This document shows positions 12,906 through 25,570 of a stretch of 64,000 bases of DNA, one piece after another. Location of the stretch: the NCBI RefSeq assembly GCF_018350175.1, contig NC_058368.1:126234001-126298000 (forward strand), written 5' to 3'. The DNA is from Felis catus (Eukaryota). The translations under genes were made by a program, and so were the position numbers. The notes beneath the pieces were generated by a model, which saw nothing but the letters and a program-made list of their open reading frames with translations, made no database searches and was not told where the DNA came from. Every line of letters starts with the position of its first letter. Within the stretch, counting starts at the first letter, position 1.

Positions 12906-13380
12906 AGGGGAGGAGAGAGACAATAAAAGAAATTGGTGATTGATTCCCAAGAACAGAGAGTTGTGTTTTTTTCCTGAAACGATGAATAAAATCAAGCTAT
13001 AATCCACTACTCAGCACAAACAACCCTGCTTCAATGACAACTATGATCCCCAGATAACAATAATGATAGGACATCATTGATTTTAAGACACATCAGTGGT
13101 GTAAAAATGTACATATTAGAACTGATGAAATGCAGTATTCAACAAATCAATCACTGAGTTGTACTAGGTGCCAGGCATGTGTTGAGGTAAGTTATCAGAC
13201 AATTACAGCACGGATTCATAAGACCACACCAGCCCCGCACAGTTTACCAGGAATACACAAAGAAGGGATATCTAACCCTGTCTTAGAGGTGGGGGGTTGG
13301 CAATAGGGAGTGGAGGAAAATGGCTTTGTGGCAGCAAAAAACATAATAAGCGTTACATATAAACTTAAAACCTGGGGAAT

Positions 13381-13597
13381 GGGGTGCCTGGGTGGCTCAG
13401 TAGGTTAAATGTTTGACTTCCTCTCAGGTCATGATCTTACAGTACATGAATTGAAGCCCTTCATCAGGCTCCGAGCTGATAGTGCAGAGTTTGCCTGGGA
13501 TTCTCACTCTCTCCTTCTCTTTATACTCCCCCCAACTCACTCATACACACACTCTCTCTCTCTGTCTCAAAGTAAATTTAAGAACTTAAAGGAAAAA

Positions 13598-13637
<40 letters not shown>
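13381..13637 (+). mobile_element. CAN-SINE with (TG)~20 microsatellite in its tail
   Basis: TSD AAAACCTGGGGAAT / AAAACCTAGGGAAT brackets the SINE plus the TG repeat. Confidence 0.9.
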
Positions 13638-13641
<4 letters not shown>

Positions 13642-14356
13642 CCTAGGGAATATTTTTCTCCTTTTTGTATTTATTAGTTGGCCTAAATCAAGATCTGGAA
13701 GGATATTTTTCAACAGGTGTCCTTGTTTTTCCATGGAGGCAATGCTGACATACTGCAGAATGCTACGAATAGCTCAGACATAACAAATCATGGTCCTGGA
13801 AACTAGGACGAGCTGGGACTTAATTTCTTAAAAATTATACACAGGTTTAAAATTTTCCTCCCTGGGACGAAAATTGGGCCTGACAAAATGTGCAATTAGT
13901 GACCAGAGTTACTGACGTTCCACTCGAGGTGCTAATGAAGCAATTGCTTAGTGGCCTCCAGAAATACCCTGTTCTCTGCATCATTCCAACTTTTTCAAGG
14001 AAGCTGAACTTCTGTTTTCCATTTGGGTTCTACCTGTGAGCAATAGATTTTAAAATTCAAAAAACAAAGTACAATTGCATAACAAAATGAGAGATTAAAA
14101 AAAGCATCACTGGCTTTGTACCTATGAATTTAAGAAAAAATGTATTCACACAAATAAAGGCAACCTACTTTTAAAACAAATTTTCCTTACTAAATATGTT
14201 AAGTATATAAATGTGTATGTGTGTATATATGGATACATGCATATATATATATATATATCACCTTAAGTAACTGGATTTAAGAATTTCGTGATAGCATTTT
14301 AAATATTACAGTTTTAGTTACCTTAGACACATATCAGTGAAAATCAATGATTATAA

Positions 14357-14565
14357 TTTTTTTAAGTTTATTTATTCATTTTGAGAGAAAGCACATGTGT
14401 GGGTGGGGAGAGAGGGGAGAGAGAGGAGAGAGAGAATTCCAAGCAGGCTCCACATGCTGTCCGCGCAAAGCCCGATGCAGGGCTTGAACCCACAAATCGT
14501 GAGATCATGACCTGAGCCAAAATCAAGAGTTGGACGCTTAACCGATTGAGCCACCCAGATGCCCC
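14357..14565 (-). mobile_element. CAN-SINE
   Basis: TSD TCAATGATTATAATT. Confidence 0.93.
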
Positions 14566-14725
14566 TCAATGATTATAATTCTATGGAAGTTATCCTAATT
14601 CACCTTCTCTTTCTAAGAAAAGAATGTTTGCATAATTACTTCCATCTCTTAAATAACTGTCTGGCACATTAAAATTGTAGCATATGTATTGGTAGTCAAA
14701 CTGGTTTTTAAAAGGTAAGTCACTT

Positions 14726-14940
14726 GGGACACTTGGAGGGCTCAGTCGGTTAAGGGACCAACTTTGTCTCTGGTCATGATCTCTCTGTTCGTGGGTTTGA
14801 GGTCTGCGTCAGGCTCTGTGCTGACTGCTCAGACCCTGGAGCCTGCTTCAGATTCTGTGTCTACCTCTCTCTCTGCCTCTCCCACTCATGCTCTGTCTCT
14901 CTCTCAAAAATAAACATTAAAATTTTTTTAAAAATTTAAA
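14726..14940 (+). mobile_element. CAN-SINE
   Basis: Typical body; degenerate TSD TAAAAGGTAAGTCACT / TAAAAGATAAATCACT. Confidence 0.9.
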
Positions 14941-15694
14941 TAAAAGATAAATCACTAGAGATAAAGAAAAAAAAAAGTTTAGTTGTCATTTTTTACAAAT
15001 AGTAAACATGTCCAGATTTGAGCTTAATGGGTGCTTTGAAAGAGTTCATAGGAATACCTAAAATGTGATTGTTACGGATTGCCTTATGCATGCTCATTGA
15101 AAGCAAATGCTATAACCATACACGTTTTGTTAATAAAAGACAGAAATAATAAGGGATGCAGTTACCACTGTCACTTTCTGGTAAGAGGCGTTGCCTACCT
15201 GCTTTACTTCTCCAGGTAAGGATTACTCATTTCCTGTGACATCTTCAAACGTTCTCCTGAACTTCAGGTGACATAATCTGTTGCTACAGTAACTTCTCCA
15301 AATACATCAAAAGACTATGAATCAAAGGAATTCAGCTCTAACTTTGATTTGCCACAGCATAGAGCTCCTATTCTCCAAGTCTACCAACACTCCAGTTTGA
15401 AAGTGTCGGTGTGAGGTTGCCAACCAGAGATGCATTAAAATATATTAAGTACTCATTAAACTCCCTTAATATCTCAGCTACAGATATTTGCTTCCTGCTG
15501 AGATCTGACAGGATTCTAGCTGGAGAAACTGTTAATTATTTTGGACAGCAGAGTTATTTTTTTGTTTTTTTGTTTTTTTAACTAAGTATCCTATCTTTCC
15601 TTAACAAGTTAAGTGGGATTATAATTAGGCATAATTAGACTTCTAGAAAATAGCAAATAAAAGAATAAAAAGTCCAAATTGTCTCTTTTTTTAA

Positions 15695-15990
15695 AAAAAC
15701 GTGAGGTGTAATTGACCTATATTATTATATTAGTTTCAGGTGTAGAACGATTCAATATTCATGTATATTGTAAATGATCAGCACAATAGATCTAATGAAC
15801 ATTCATCACCATACATAGTTACAGATATTTTTTCCTGAGATGAAACTTTTAAGATCTACTCTCTTAGCAACTTTCAGATATGCAATGCAGCATTGTTAAC
15901 CATAGTCGCCATACTGTACATTACATCCCAGTTACTCTTTTATTTTATAAATGCAAGTTTGTACCTATTGACACCCTTCATCCATTCCTG
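15695..15990 (-). mobile_element. L1MA/MB-type 3'UTR fragment
   Basis: TTTTAAGATCTACTCTCTTAGCAACTTTCA..TTGTTAACCATAGTCGCCATACTGTACATTA, the reverse of the motif at ~22350-22400. Confidence 0.75.
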
Positions 15991-18138
15991 TAGAAGAGAT
16001 GGCTGGAGCCGTGGTATATCCATTGTGATGATGAAGGAAAGATCAAGAGAATCAACTTTGACCCTGACATTCTTGGGCTGCTGTGCCAGTCCTGGATTAC
16101 CTATTTCCATAAAGCTCTATGTGGGAGAGGGAAAAAAAAAAACAAAAAAACAAAAAAAACTGTCTTGTTTAAGCTACTAAATTTAGATGTTGTGTCACAT
16201 GCAGCTAAACCTAACTCCTAACCAATAAAATAGTCTATCCAAAGTCAAAGTCCAGCTCAAATCCCAACTGCTTTATCATATTCTCTCTCCACATAATTTT
16301 TCAGGTAGGTCAGGAATTATCTCTCCTCCCTTTGAATTCTTATATTATTCACTTTATACTTTTTTCTAATTTGCAACTTAAACATTGTTTATCCCTTCTT
16401 AGACTGATAGCTGGTATCTGAAACAGGACTGTAAACTATGTGAGGGCAGGGACTACGTTCTATTTATCCATGGGGTTGATAGTATGTTGTGCTAAAGATA
16501 TTTGTTGATTTCCTTGTTGATGTAAAGATTAATTCCCTAACAAAAGTTTTTATGATCTGAAAAATAGGCAGATTAAATCACATGTAAAGTAATAAATGTA
16601 AAGGACAGACGTCTCAAGAGTTTTGAGTTAGAAAGCTGTTTTTGCTGTTTTGTATTCTTTTTGAAAGACAACATACATTGGCATTTAGTCATTTACATGC
16701 TAAGAATAAGTAGTAGCTGAATCTGCCTTCTGTTTCCCAAAGCAGAGCTTGATACGTTATTTTACTCCATAGTTACATCAAATAAAGAGGAAGTTTCCTT
16801 TGGGTACAGGTAGATTGAATGTACTGTTTCTATGTCCTTCAGCTATAAGAAATTTTATCAAAGCTAGCTTTGAAGACATATCTGGGGGATATATATATAT
16901 ATATATGGATGTTTTTACCTCTTGTCTTTTATTTTTATGAAGTCAGCCTCACAAGGGCTCTGTTGGCATGGAGTCTATTACTTCATCCAACGGGATAATA
17001 AAATTCTCAATTATTCCAGGGAGACTGATGCCATATTTCTCAAATGCCATGACAGTGTATGTATTCCTTTGTAAAGAAGGATGAATTATTTTCCTGTAAG
17101 TAACATTGGTGGATAGAGTTAGAATAATGGAACAGTATGGGTTTTCAAGAAATCACTAGGTTCATTCACCAGCAGCCCTCCGAATGAAGTTTAAAGCCCC
17201 CAGACAATGGAGAATCTATAACTTAATTTCTTGGCATTGCCTGAAACTTGGCATCTGTAATTATAATTCCAAGTGCTTATTAATGCAAGGGCATTCCTGT
17301 TCTCCATGTTTGATGCATTTCCCACCCTCATATCTCCCAATACCTTCATACACATGGATTTTAATAAGGTAGATTAGGCTACAATAACAAATAGATCCAC
17401 ACGTGTATACTGACTCAAACACAATAAAAGTTTGTTTCTCACTTATGTAATAGTCAAAGTGGGTGATTCTTAACAATGTGGTAACTCTGTTTCATGTGGT
17501 GACTTGGATACCCAGGCTCATTTCATACTGTGGCTCCATCATCTTCATCATGTGGTTCCCAAAGCATCCCTAGGGATGGAAAGAAGGAAGGAGAGTAGTG
17601 GGAGGAGGTCAGGGGCCATCATCCACATCATTCAAAAGGAGAAAATACTTGGAAGAGTGTGTAAATGGGAGACTTTAATAGATCATGCCTAGAAACACCC
17701 CACATTGCTTGCATTGTTTCATATAGCCACATCTATGTGGGAACCTGACAAATAAAGTTGGCTTTCTCCAGGATAAAACCAAAATGAATTTTGGTAAAAA
17801 CTAAGCGTTTTTGTCATATGGATTCTGTTTTCCCATGTCTTTAAAGCACCCACTCATTAATTCAATAAATGTTAGAGAATCCTTACCCTTTATTGCTTAT
17901 AATTTAGTTGGGGAGAGATAATATTAATTACACAGACAAAAAGATATAATTAATTATAAACTGAGACAGGCACTTGAAGGGAAAGTTCAGAGTGCTCTGA
18001 GAGTGTGTAACAGGATATCTGACGTAGGCGCAGGGGTCAATGATAGATTTCTGAGGAGGGGACACCTGATCTGTCATCTGAGGAATATATGAGCTTTAAG
18101 CATCATATCCTTTTATTTGTCCTGAAATAGTTTTCTAG

Positions 18139-18149
18139 TTTTTCTTTCT

Positions 18150-18215
<66 letters not shown>

Positions 18216-18258
18216 TTCCTTCCTTCCTTCCTTCCTTCCTTCCTTCCTACTTTCTTTC
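18139..18258. repeat. Compound (TTTC)n(TTCC)n microsatellite
   Basis: Read directly from the sequence. Confidence 0.97.
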
Positions 18259-18569
18259 AAGAGAATTATCTCTTCAGTTTGTAATAATGAAGGGGTGATA
18301 TAGACAATTTAATGAAAGAGGTACGTATTTATATCTCCCATTACATGGGTCTCATTAAATGGTTTTATAATAGGTAACCAGTATGTATACATACCTTGTA
18401 CCCTGCCTCAGTTTTAACCAACTGCCATTACCAAGGATCCAATAGGTGAGTCTTAAGTTCTTTTGAAAAAAGAATTGGGGTCAGCTTACCTCAAGTGACA
18501 AACATTACTAGAAAGATTCAGAAGAAAGTAAGGAAGTATTGGACACTCTTATAAATCAGTATAACCACA

Positions 18570-18765
18570 TTTTTTTAAGTTTACTTATTTTTGAGAGAGA
18601 GTGAATGAGCAAGGGAGGGGCAGAGAGATAGAGAGAGAATCCCAAGTAGGCTCTATGCTATCAGCGCAGAGCCTGATGCAGGGCTTGATCTCATGAACCG
18701 TGAGATCATGACCTGGGCCAAAACCAAGAGTCGGACACTTAAACAATTGAGCCACTCAGGTGCCT
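18570..18765 (-). mobile_element. CAN-SINE
   Basis: Typical body on the minus strand; CAGTATA on both flanks. Confidence 0.9.
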
Positions 18766-20167
18766 CAGTATACCCAAGTTTTATAGTAAAAGGGAAAATC
18801 ATTTAGAATACAACAGAATCTCTAGTTGCCTTCCCCATGACCCTTCTCTCATTTTTTTTTTCCATCTTTATTTCTACTCAAGCTACCCATTACCAACTCT
18901 TTTCTTCCCTCTTCTATTTTCTATGCTTCTTTCTCACCCATGGCTTCTATCAAACATGGTTTCTGACCCACTTTCTTTGTGCCTCTTGGCTTTTGGGTTC
19001 TTTCAGTGCCTATGTCTGCTGATCCTTCTGCTACCACTGTCATTTTGGATGCTTCGTCTTCATTGTCCTCAAGAGAGGAAAGCATTTGGAAACATTAATC
19101 ATTTTCCCTGGCCAGCCTATAGTGGCTACCTTAGGCTCAGGAACAAATATCAAATGGAATCAGTTGTGTGTGGCCCAGCTGTGAAGTACGTCTGTGGTTC
19201 ATGATACAAAGTATGAGAACTCATTTTCAATTATGGCCAATATGGATCAGATTTACTTTCTCACCAGAAATGATTTTTTTTTTTAATAGGCATAGTGTAT
19301 GAAATAACATTGTTTAGACATTGACCATCTGTGAGTGAAGAATGGTGAATCCTGATAAAGACAAAACAAATCAGGTGAACTCCACAATTCACCCAGTTAA
19401 CTGGTCTGGAGAGAGTAAACAGCTGAAAGGAGACCCCAGGCAGAGACAGGTGGTCCCAGTCGGGTGGGGACAATGAACTAGTAGTCTGGGAAGCCACACT
19501 GAAGAGCTGATCATTTTGTAGGTTCCATGCTTATTTACAAACGAAGTGAATGAGATAATTATCAGAGACACAAACAGATGAAATAAGATTATCTTCAGGA
19601 ATCCAAGCAACATAAACCAAGCCACACCCAAGGAGAGCTCCACTGCACTTTTCTCCTCTCCGCCCACCCTCACCTCCCGCTACCAATACTTCCATGATTT
19701 TACCTCATAGGTGACCTGTTTTATTTTATAACTTTTCCCAGGGCTCCCTCTCCAGCAGTGCCCCTGCTCTCAAGTGTTTCCCCGTTAAGACACTGTTTTC
19801 TGCATATTTTACATCAGCCACTCTCCACTCTTCTTCCTGTTTTGTTTTTTCAAGCACAGGTAATTACTTTATATTTTATTTATTTAAATATTTAAGTAAA
19901 TTTATTTATTTAAATCATGTATTTTGTCTTTTATTGTCCGTTAAGTGAGGAACACTTTCTGTCTTGTTCACTTCTGTTTCTGTGTAAGCTAAAGACATTG
20001 AGAATGTAAAATAAAATAAAATAAAATATAAAATAAAAATAAATAAAACAAAATTGTGGGTGGAAGGAAGAAAAAAAAAAGGAAGGTGTTCACAATAAGG
20101 TATCATAAATAACTGGCAGTTTAAACCTGCTGGGTGTGTTTGAATTTTAAAATAAAAAGTTAAATTT

Positions 20168-20600
20168 GAGGGCGCCTGGGTGGCTCAGTCAGTTAAATGT
20201 CCAAGTCTTCATTTATGCTGAGGCCATGATCTCATAGTTCATGAGTTTGAACCGAGCATTGGGCTCTGTGCTGATAGTGTGGAGCCTGTTTGGAATTCTT
20301 TCCCTCCCACTCTGCCTCTCTTGTGTGCCTGCTCTACCCATCTCAAAAAATAAAGAAATAGGGGCACCTGGGTGGCTCAATCAGTTAAGCATCCGACTTC
20401 GGCTCAGGTCATGATCTCACAGTTTGTGGGTTTGAGCCCCGCATCGAGATCTGTGCTGATATCTTGGAGCCTGGAGCCTGCTTTGGATTCTGTGTCTCCC
20501 TCTCTCACTATCCCTCCCCTGTTCATGATCTCTCTCACTCTCAAAAATAAATCAACATAAAAATAATACATAAATAAATAAACTTAAAAATAATAAAATA
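20168..20600 (+). mobile_element. Two head-to-tail CAN-SINEs (20168-20360, and 20361-~20580 inserted in the tail of the first)
   Basis: Two tRNA-derived heads; outer TSD AAATAAAAAGTTAAA. Confidence 0.9.
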
Positions 20601-20794
20601 AAATAAAAAGTTAAAATTTAAAAACCTGGTCCTTTTGAAATTTGGGTGTAGGGGGTGGAAATAAGGGACTGTCTGCATAGACTCTTTGCTTGGAACTGTA
20701 AAGAGAATTACCAATTACCAGTAATGACCAATTTCTGAGATAAGTTACCTCTTCCTAATAGTTCTCATTTTTCCAATATTTAAAGTCTCTTCAC

Positions 20795-21026
20795 GGGGCG
20801 CCTGGGTGGCGCAGTCGGTTAAGCGTCCAACTTCAGCCAGGTCACGATCTCGCGGTCCGTGAGTTCGAGCCCCGCGTCAGGCTCTGGGCTGATGGCTCAG
20901 AGCCTGGAGCCTGTTTCCAATTCTGTGTCTCCCTCTCTCTCTGCCCCTCGCCCGTTCATGCTCTGTCTCTCTCTGTCCCAAAAATAAATAAACGTTGAAA
21001 AAAAAATTAAAACAAAAATAATAAAA
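20795..21026 (+). mobile_element. Young SINEC_Fc-like SINE
   Basis: CpG-intact; TSD TAAAGTCTCTTC at 20781-20792 and 21027-21038. Confidence 0.96.
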
Positions 21027-21824
21027 TAAAGTCTCTTCTGACTAAGGAAATTGGTGTCCGAAGTACATGAAAGTTAGCTTGTATTTGTTTTACAATTGAA
21101 AAAGTGGAAACAAAGAGAATGATGGATTCCATTGGCAGGGATCCATGAAACACTGGAGATGTTGGGGCTTTACCAAAGTTGGAACAAGAAGTAGGGACAG
21201 GAAGGAAGGGAAGCTTGAGGATTTCTAGTTTCAGGAATAAGAATTAAAATTTAAAACCCCAAGTTTCTTCCATTCCTTCATATGAGAAGCAGACTTGGAG
21301 CCACAACTAAAAAATCTTTGATAAAATTCAGGATGTTTTTAATTTCCCTACATTTACGTCCAGTTTGTTATTCATAAGGATTTTCAATAAAAGTCTCATA
21401 ATGGAAAGAATATGTTTGCTTGTCTTGATGGTGCAAGGAAGGAGGATACAGAGACTCGTCTTATTCTGCATAGAGTGTCAGGCATAGGGAAGGGGACAGA
21501 GAAGAAAACTTGAATGACCCAAAGGGTGGAAGTACCTGCCAATAGAAAAAAAAGGTCAGGGAGAACCATTCTTGAGGCTGCCTTGGACTGAACTTCAGGA
21601 AGACCCAAGAGGTACTACTTGATTTCCTTGTAGTCATTCTCACCACCACCCTTGACCCAGAGTGTGGAAGAATGGTGCATCCGCTTTGATTTCTGGTGAC
21701 TAGATTGTTTGCCTAAATGCAGATTCCTGTGCCTATACCATCCCAAAGAAATCAAACTCTGGAGGCATGCCTAGGAGTGTAAATAACTTTCATTTGGGGA
21801 GATACTGGTAGAAGGCTACAAACT

Positions 21825-22203
21825 GGGGCATCTGGGTGGCTCAGTCAGTTGAATGTCCAATTCTTTTCTTTTTATTTTTTTATTTTGTTTTCAACGTTTT
21901 TAATTTATTTTTGGGACAGAGAGAGACAGAGCATGAACGGGCGAGGGACAGAGAGAGAGGGAGACCCAGAATCGGAAACAGGCTCCAGGCTCTGAGCCAT
22001 CAGCCCAGAGCCTGACGCGGGGCTCGAACTCACGGACCGCAAGATCGTGACCTGGCTGAAGTCGGACGCTTAACCGACTGCACCACCCAGGCGCCCCTGA
22101 ATGTCCAATTCTTGATTTCAACTCAGATAATGATCCCAGGGTTCTGGCATCAAGCCCCGTGCACAGCGCTGCATCAAGCATGGAGCCTGCTTGAGATTCT
22201 CTC

Positions 22204-22242
<39 letters not shown>

Positions 22243-22289
22243 GCCCTTCTCCCATTTGTGCTCACACTCTCTCTCCAAGAAAAAAAAAA
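21825..22289 (+). mobile_element. Older CAN-SINE interrupted by a young antisense SINE
   Basis: Head 21825-21865, remainder 22098-22289; TSD AAGGCTACAAACT at 21812-21824 and 22290-22302. Confidence 0.92.
21866..22097 (-). mobile_element. Young SINEC_Fc-like SINE
   Basis: Perfect 16-bp TSD TGAATGTCCAATTCTT at 21850-21865 and 22098-22113. Confidence 0.96.
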
Positions 22290-24259
22290 AAGGCTACAAA
22301 CTCCTAGTTATAAGATAATATGTTCTGGGCATCTAATATACAACATGGTCATTATGGTTAACAACACTGTATTGTGTACTTGAAAGTTGCTAAGAGAGTA
22401 AAGCTTAAATGTTTTCACCACATACACACAAGGTAGCTACGTGAGGTGATAGATGTGTTAACTAACCTTACTGTGGTAATCATTTCATAATATGTATGTA
22501 CATCTAAGCATCACACCATATATCTTACCCTTTCACAATGTTATGTTATGTGTCAATTATATCTCAATAAAGCCAGAGATGGAAAGATATAAATAAATAA
22601 ATACATAAATACATAAATCCACTAATGATTCTAATGCACACTGAAGTTTGCATCTGGGTCCTGGAAAACAATGAAAAGGAATTGACTGTTTATTCATGAA
22701 ACTACTTCACTGGTACTCTTAGCCTCTATGGTATTGAAAGCACTCACAACTTCAGTGTGTACATAGGAGTTCTAGCCTAATTTTAAGTGGCATGCATCTC
22801 CTTAAGCTACTGGGTCATTGTAGTGGACAAGTGAGAGGATTTTCTCTACAGGTTCATCCAGAGATTTTTCTGGAACAGAAGTTCCACTGTGAATAAATGG
22901 CACAAAAGACACCAGAGAAACTGGGGTGGGAGTGGGCCTCCCAACTTGGTCATCTGGACAAGAGGAAAGGGTGAACAAGAAGCCGCTCTTGTGATGATAA
23001 AATGTGATGATTGCAGCAGAATCTTTTGATGCTGTGTAATGCTATGTATGTCAAATCTTGCAGTTGGCTTTGTACCTGGCCCTGAGCATTTGCGCCGGCT
23101 CCAAGAAAAATAATTACTTCCTGCCAACTATAGTTCTTGGGGCCTCAGACAGTTTGTTGTGCTTTTTTTTTTCTTTTTCTAATTAAAGGACTAGAGAGAC
23201 CACAAATGAGATTTATTTCCTTTATAACTCACATAATATATTCCAATCCCAAATGCCACTCTCCAAATGTGGCAGGAACCAGCTTGTCAGTCCTGAGATT
23301 TCTCTGTGAGCATCTCTTTGTTTTTAACTGCCAGAGTGGAGACCTAGGGACAGAGGAAGGATAATAACTGCTAAGAGACCATCTAATCTGTTGCTACATG
23401 CGTCCACCTTACAGGTTTTTCTCTAAACTTTCACAACGTTCTTAGGGAAGCTCTTCAAGTTATAATTATTGCACTGTGCTTACATGCCTAGATTTTAAAC
23501 AAGTTTCAAAAGAGCTTCTCTTTAACAAGGCATAATACATTATTTTCAGATTTTCTAAAACATATGGCCATTTCGCTCAGACCAGGGATATGAAATTATG
23601 TCTTGTTTCACTTAAAGAGAGAGGCGGTAGGGTGGGGAATCTATCAGACATTGGCAAGAATATGGAGCAAATTGTATCTCAGTTGTTCCTCTTGCTTCAG
23701 AGAAAAACAATAAAACTTTATGGTATATTAACACCTCCCTTAGCAAAAAGGCTTAAACTAAATGAAAACAAAATTAACCTACGATCTTTCTGTACTTCTT
23801 ACTGTGAGAACTAGAACAACATTGGGTAAACTGTATACCATCCGCTTAAGCACTATGTAAACTAATGGGTTGTAGACTGCTCACTGGAAGAAACTTTAGA
23901 GATTATAGATACTTTTCTTCAGATTACTCAAGTGATCATTGAGAACTAAAAGACTTAAGTGGCTTCCCCATGATCTCACCATTATTTAGTGGCTGAGCTA
24001 GGACCAGAACCCAGATTCTCTGAAGACTTATCCTGGACTTCGACCATCTCCTTAAAATTAAAATGTAAATAAATGTAAAATGTAAATAAAAGCCCTCCTT
24101 CTGGAAGGAGGCAGCCCAATGCAAACAAAGAAGGAGCACTTTGGAGTCTGAGGCATCAGAATATAGACTCTGATTTCATTACTAGCTACAAAGGAAAGTT
24201 ATGTAGCTACCTGAGTCGCAATTTCCTTCACTGAAAATGAGGATGTAACTCAGTGCACA

Positions 24260-25570
24260 TAGTGGCTTATTCAACAAATATTTGAGTAGCTACTTGGAGC
24301 CAATCACTATTTTAAAGCCCTGAGAATACAGCAGTGAACCAGCTGAGAACTCATGCTATGGTGAAGTTTATATTCCAGTGGGCACATAGGGACAATAAGT
24401 GAATGAGCAGGTAAAGTATATGGCACATCTGATAGTTACAAGTGCTATGGAGAAAAATAGAGAATGGACATAGAGATTACCAGGCCAGAGAGGGACGGGC
24501 ACATGAGTATGTGTAATTATAAGTAAGGTAGTCTGGGAAGGCCTTGCTGATAGAAGGACATCTGAAGAGATGCATGAGAAGGGGGGGAGATAATGACACT
24601 GCAGAAAAACAGCAAGCCAAACCCCCTTGAGGGAGAGCACACTGGGTCTATTGGAATGACAGCACAGAGGTCCTACAGCTGGAGCGAAGTGAACAGAATG
24701 AAAGTGGCGTGAGATGGGGCCTGGGTAGTGGCCTGGGGGATGTCTCCTAAGGGCTGTAGCCACTGTAAGCAGCTTGGCTTCTCTTTATGTACAATGGGAG
24801 GCTACTTCAATGCTTTGAGAAGAAAAGTGCCAGAACTGGACTTATATTTTAGAAGGACTTCCCTGGCTGCTGTGTTGGAATGAACCATAAAGGCAATAAG
24901 TGTAGAAGCCAGGAGACCGATTAGGATAATATCCCAGGAAAGAGATGATAAACAGAAGAGATCAGATTTTGGGTAAAATCTGAAGAGATACTCAACAAGT
25001 TTTGCTGAGAGATTAGAGATAGACTATGAGAGAAAGAGGGGTCGAACATGAATCCGAAATACTTTGCCCCACTGTTACAAGGATGTAACAGAACTCGGGA
25101 GACACAGGTGTAGGGGGAGGATGGATTCTAGACAATTGGGAAGACTGCTGACCATCTGGATGAAGGTAGTGCACACCCAGGCACCTGGAGGTGAAGTTCA
25201 GGGAAGAGGGTCAACGTTGGAGAGCCATCAGCCTATTTAAGGCCATGAGACTGGCAGAATCCTTTCGGGGGTGAGGGAGTATAACCGGACTAAGTCCCAG
25301 GATACAACATTTAGATGTTAGGAACATATGGAAAATAGGAGAAAGGAAACTGACTAGCAGAGGGCAGTGAGATGGCAGGATGAACAGGAGTGTACTCTAA
25401 GCCAGAAGACAAGAGAAGAATGCCTTTCTATTAGGAGGGAGTGGTCACCTGTGTTCAGTGTTACTGATAGCTAAGAAAAGACAAGGCCTAGGAAATAACT
25501 ATTGATTTAGACTAGATGAAGGTGATGATGGGCTAAATGATGGAAGCAAAGGCCTAAATGGAGTGTGTCC
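24260..25570 (-). mobile_element. L2 LINE fragment
   Basis: ATTCAACAAATATTTGAGT terminus followed by a purine-rich degenerate body typical of antisense L2. Confidence 0.7.

Larger units (their letters stand above)
21797..22575 (+). mobile_element. L1MA/L1MB-type 3'UTR fragment interrupted by nested SINEs
   Basis: AAGGCTACAAACT..AGTTATAAGAT..TTGAAAGTTGCTAAGAGAGTA..TGTGAGGTGATAGATGTGTTAACTAACCTT..CAATTATATCTCAATAAAG. Confidence 0.8.

Noticed and set aside
8260..22318. Many 60-120 aa ORFs with similar peptides (GHDLAVCEFEPRVRL, AQSVKHLTSAQ)
   Set aside because: Translations of CAN-SINE sequence, not a gene family.
24368..24763. 131-aa ORF
   Set aside because: Lies within degenerate L2 sequence, with no recognisable domain.
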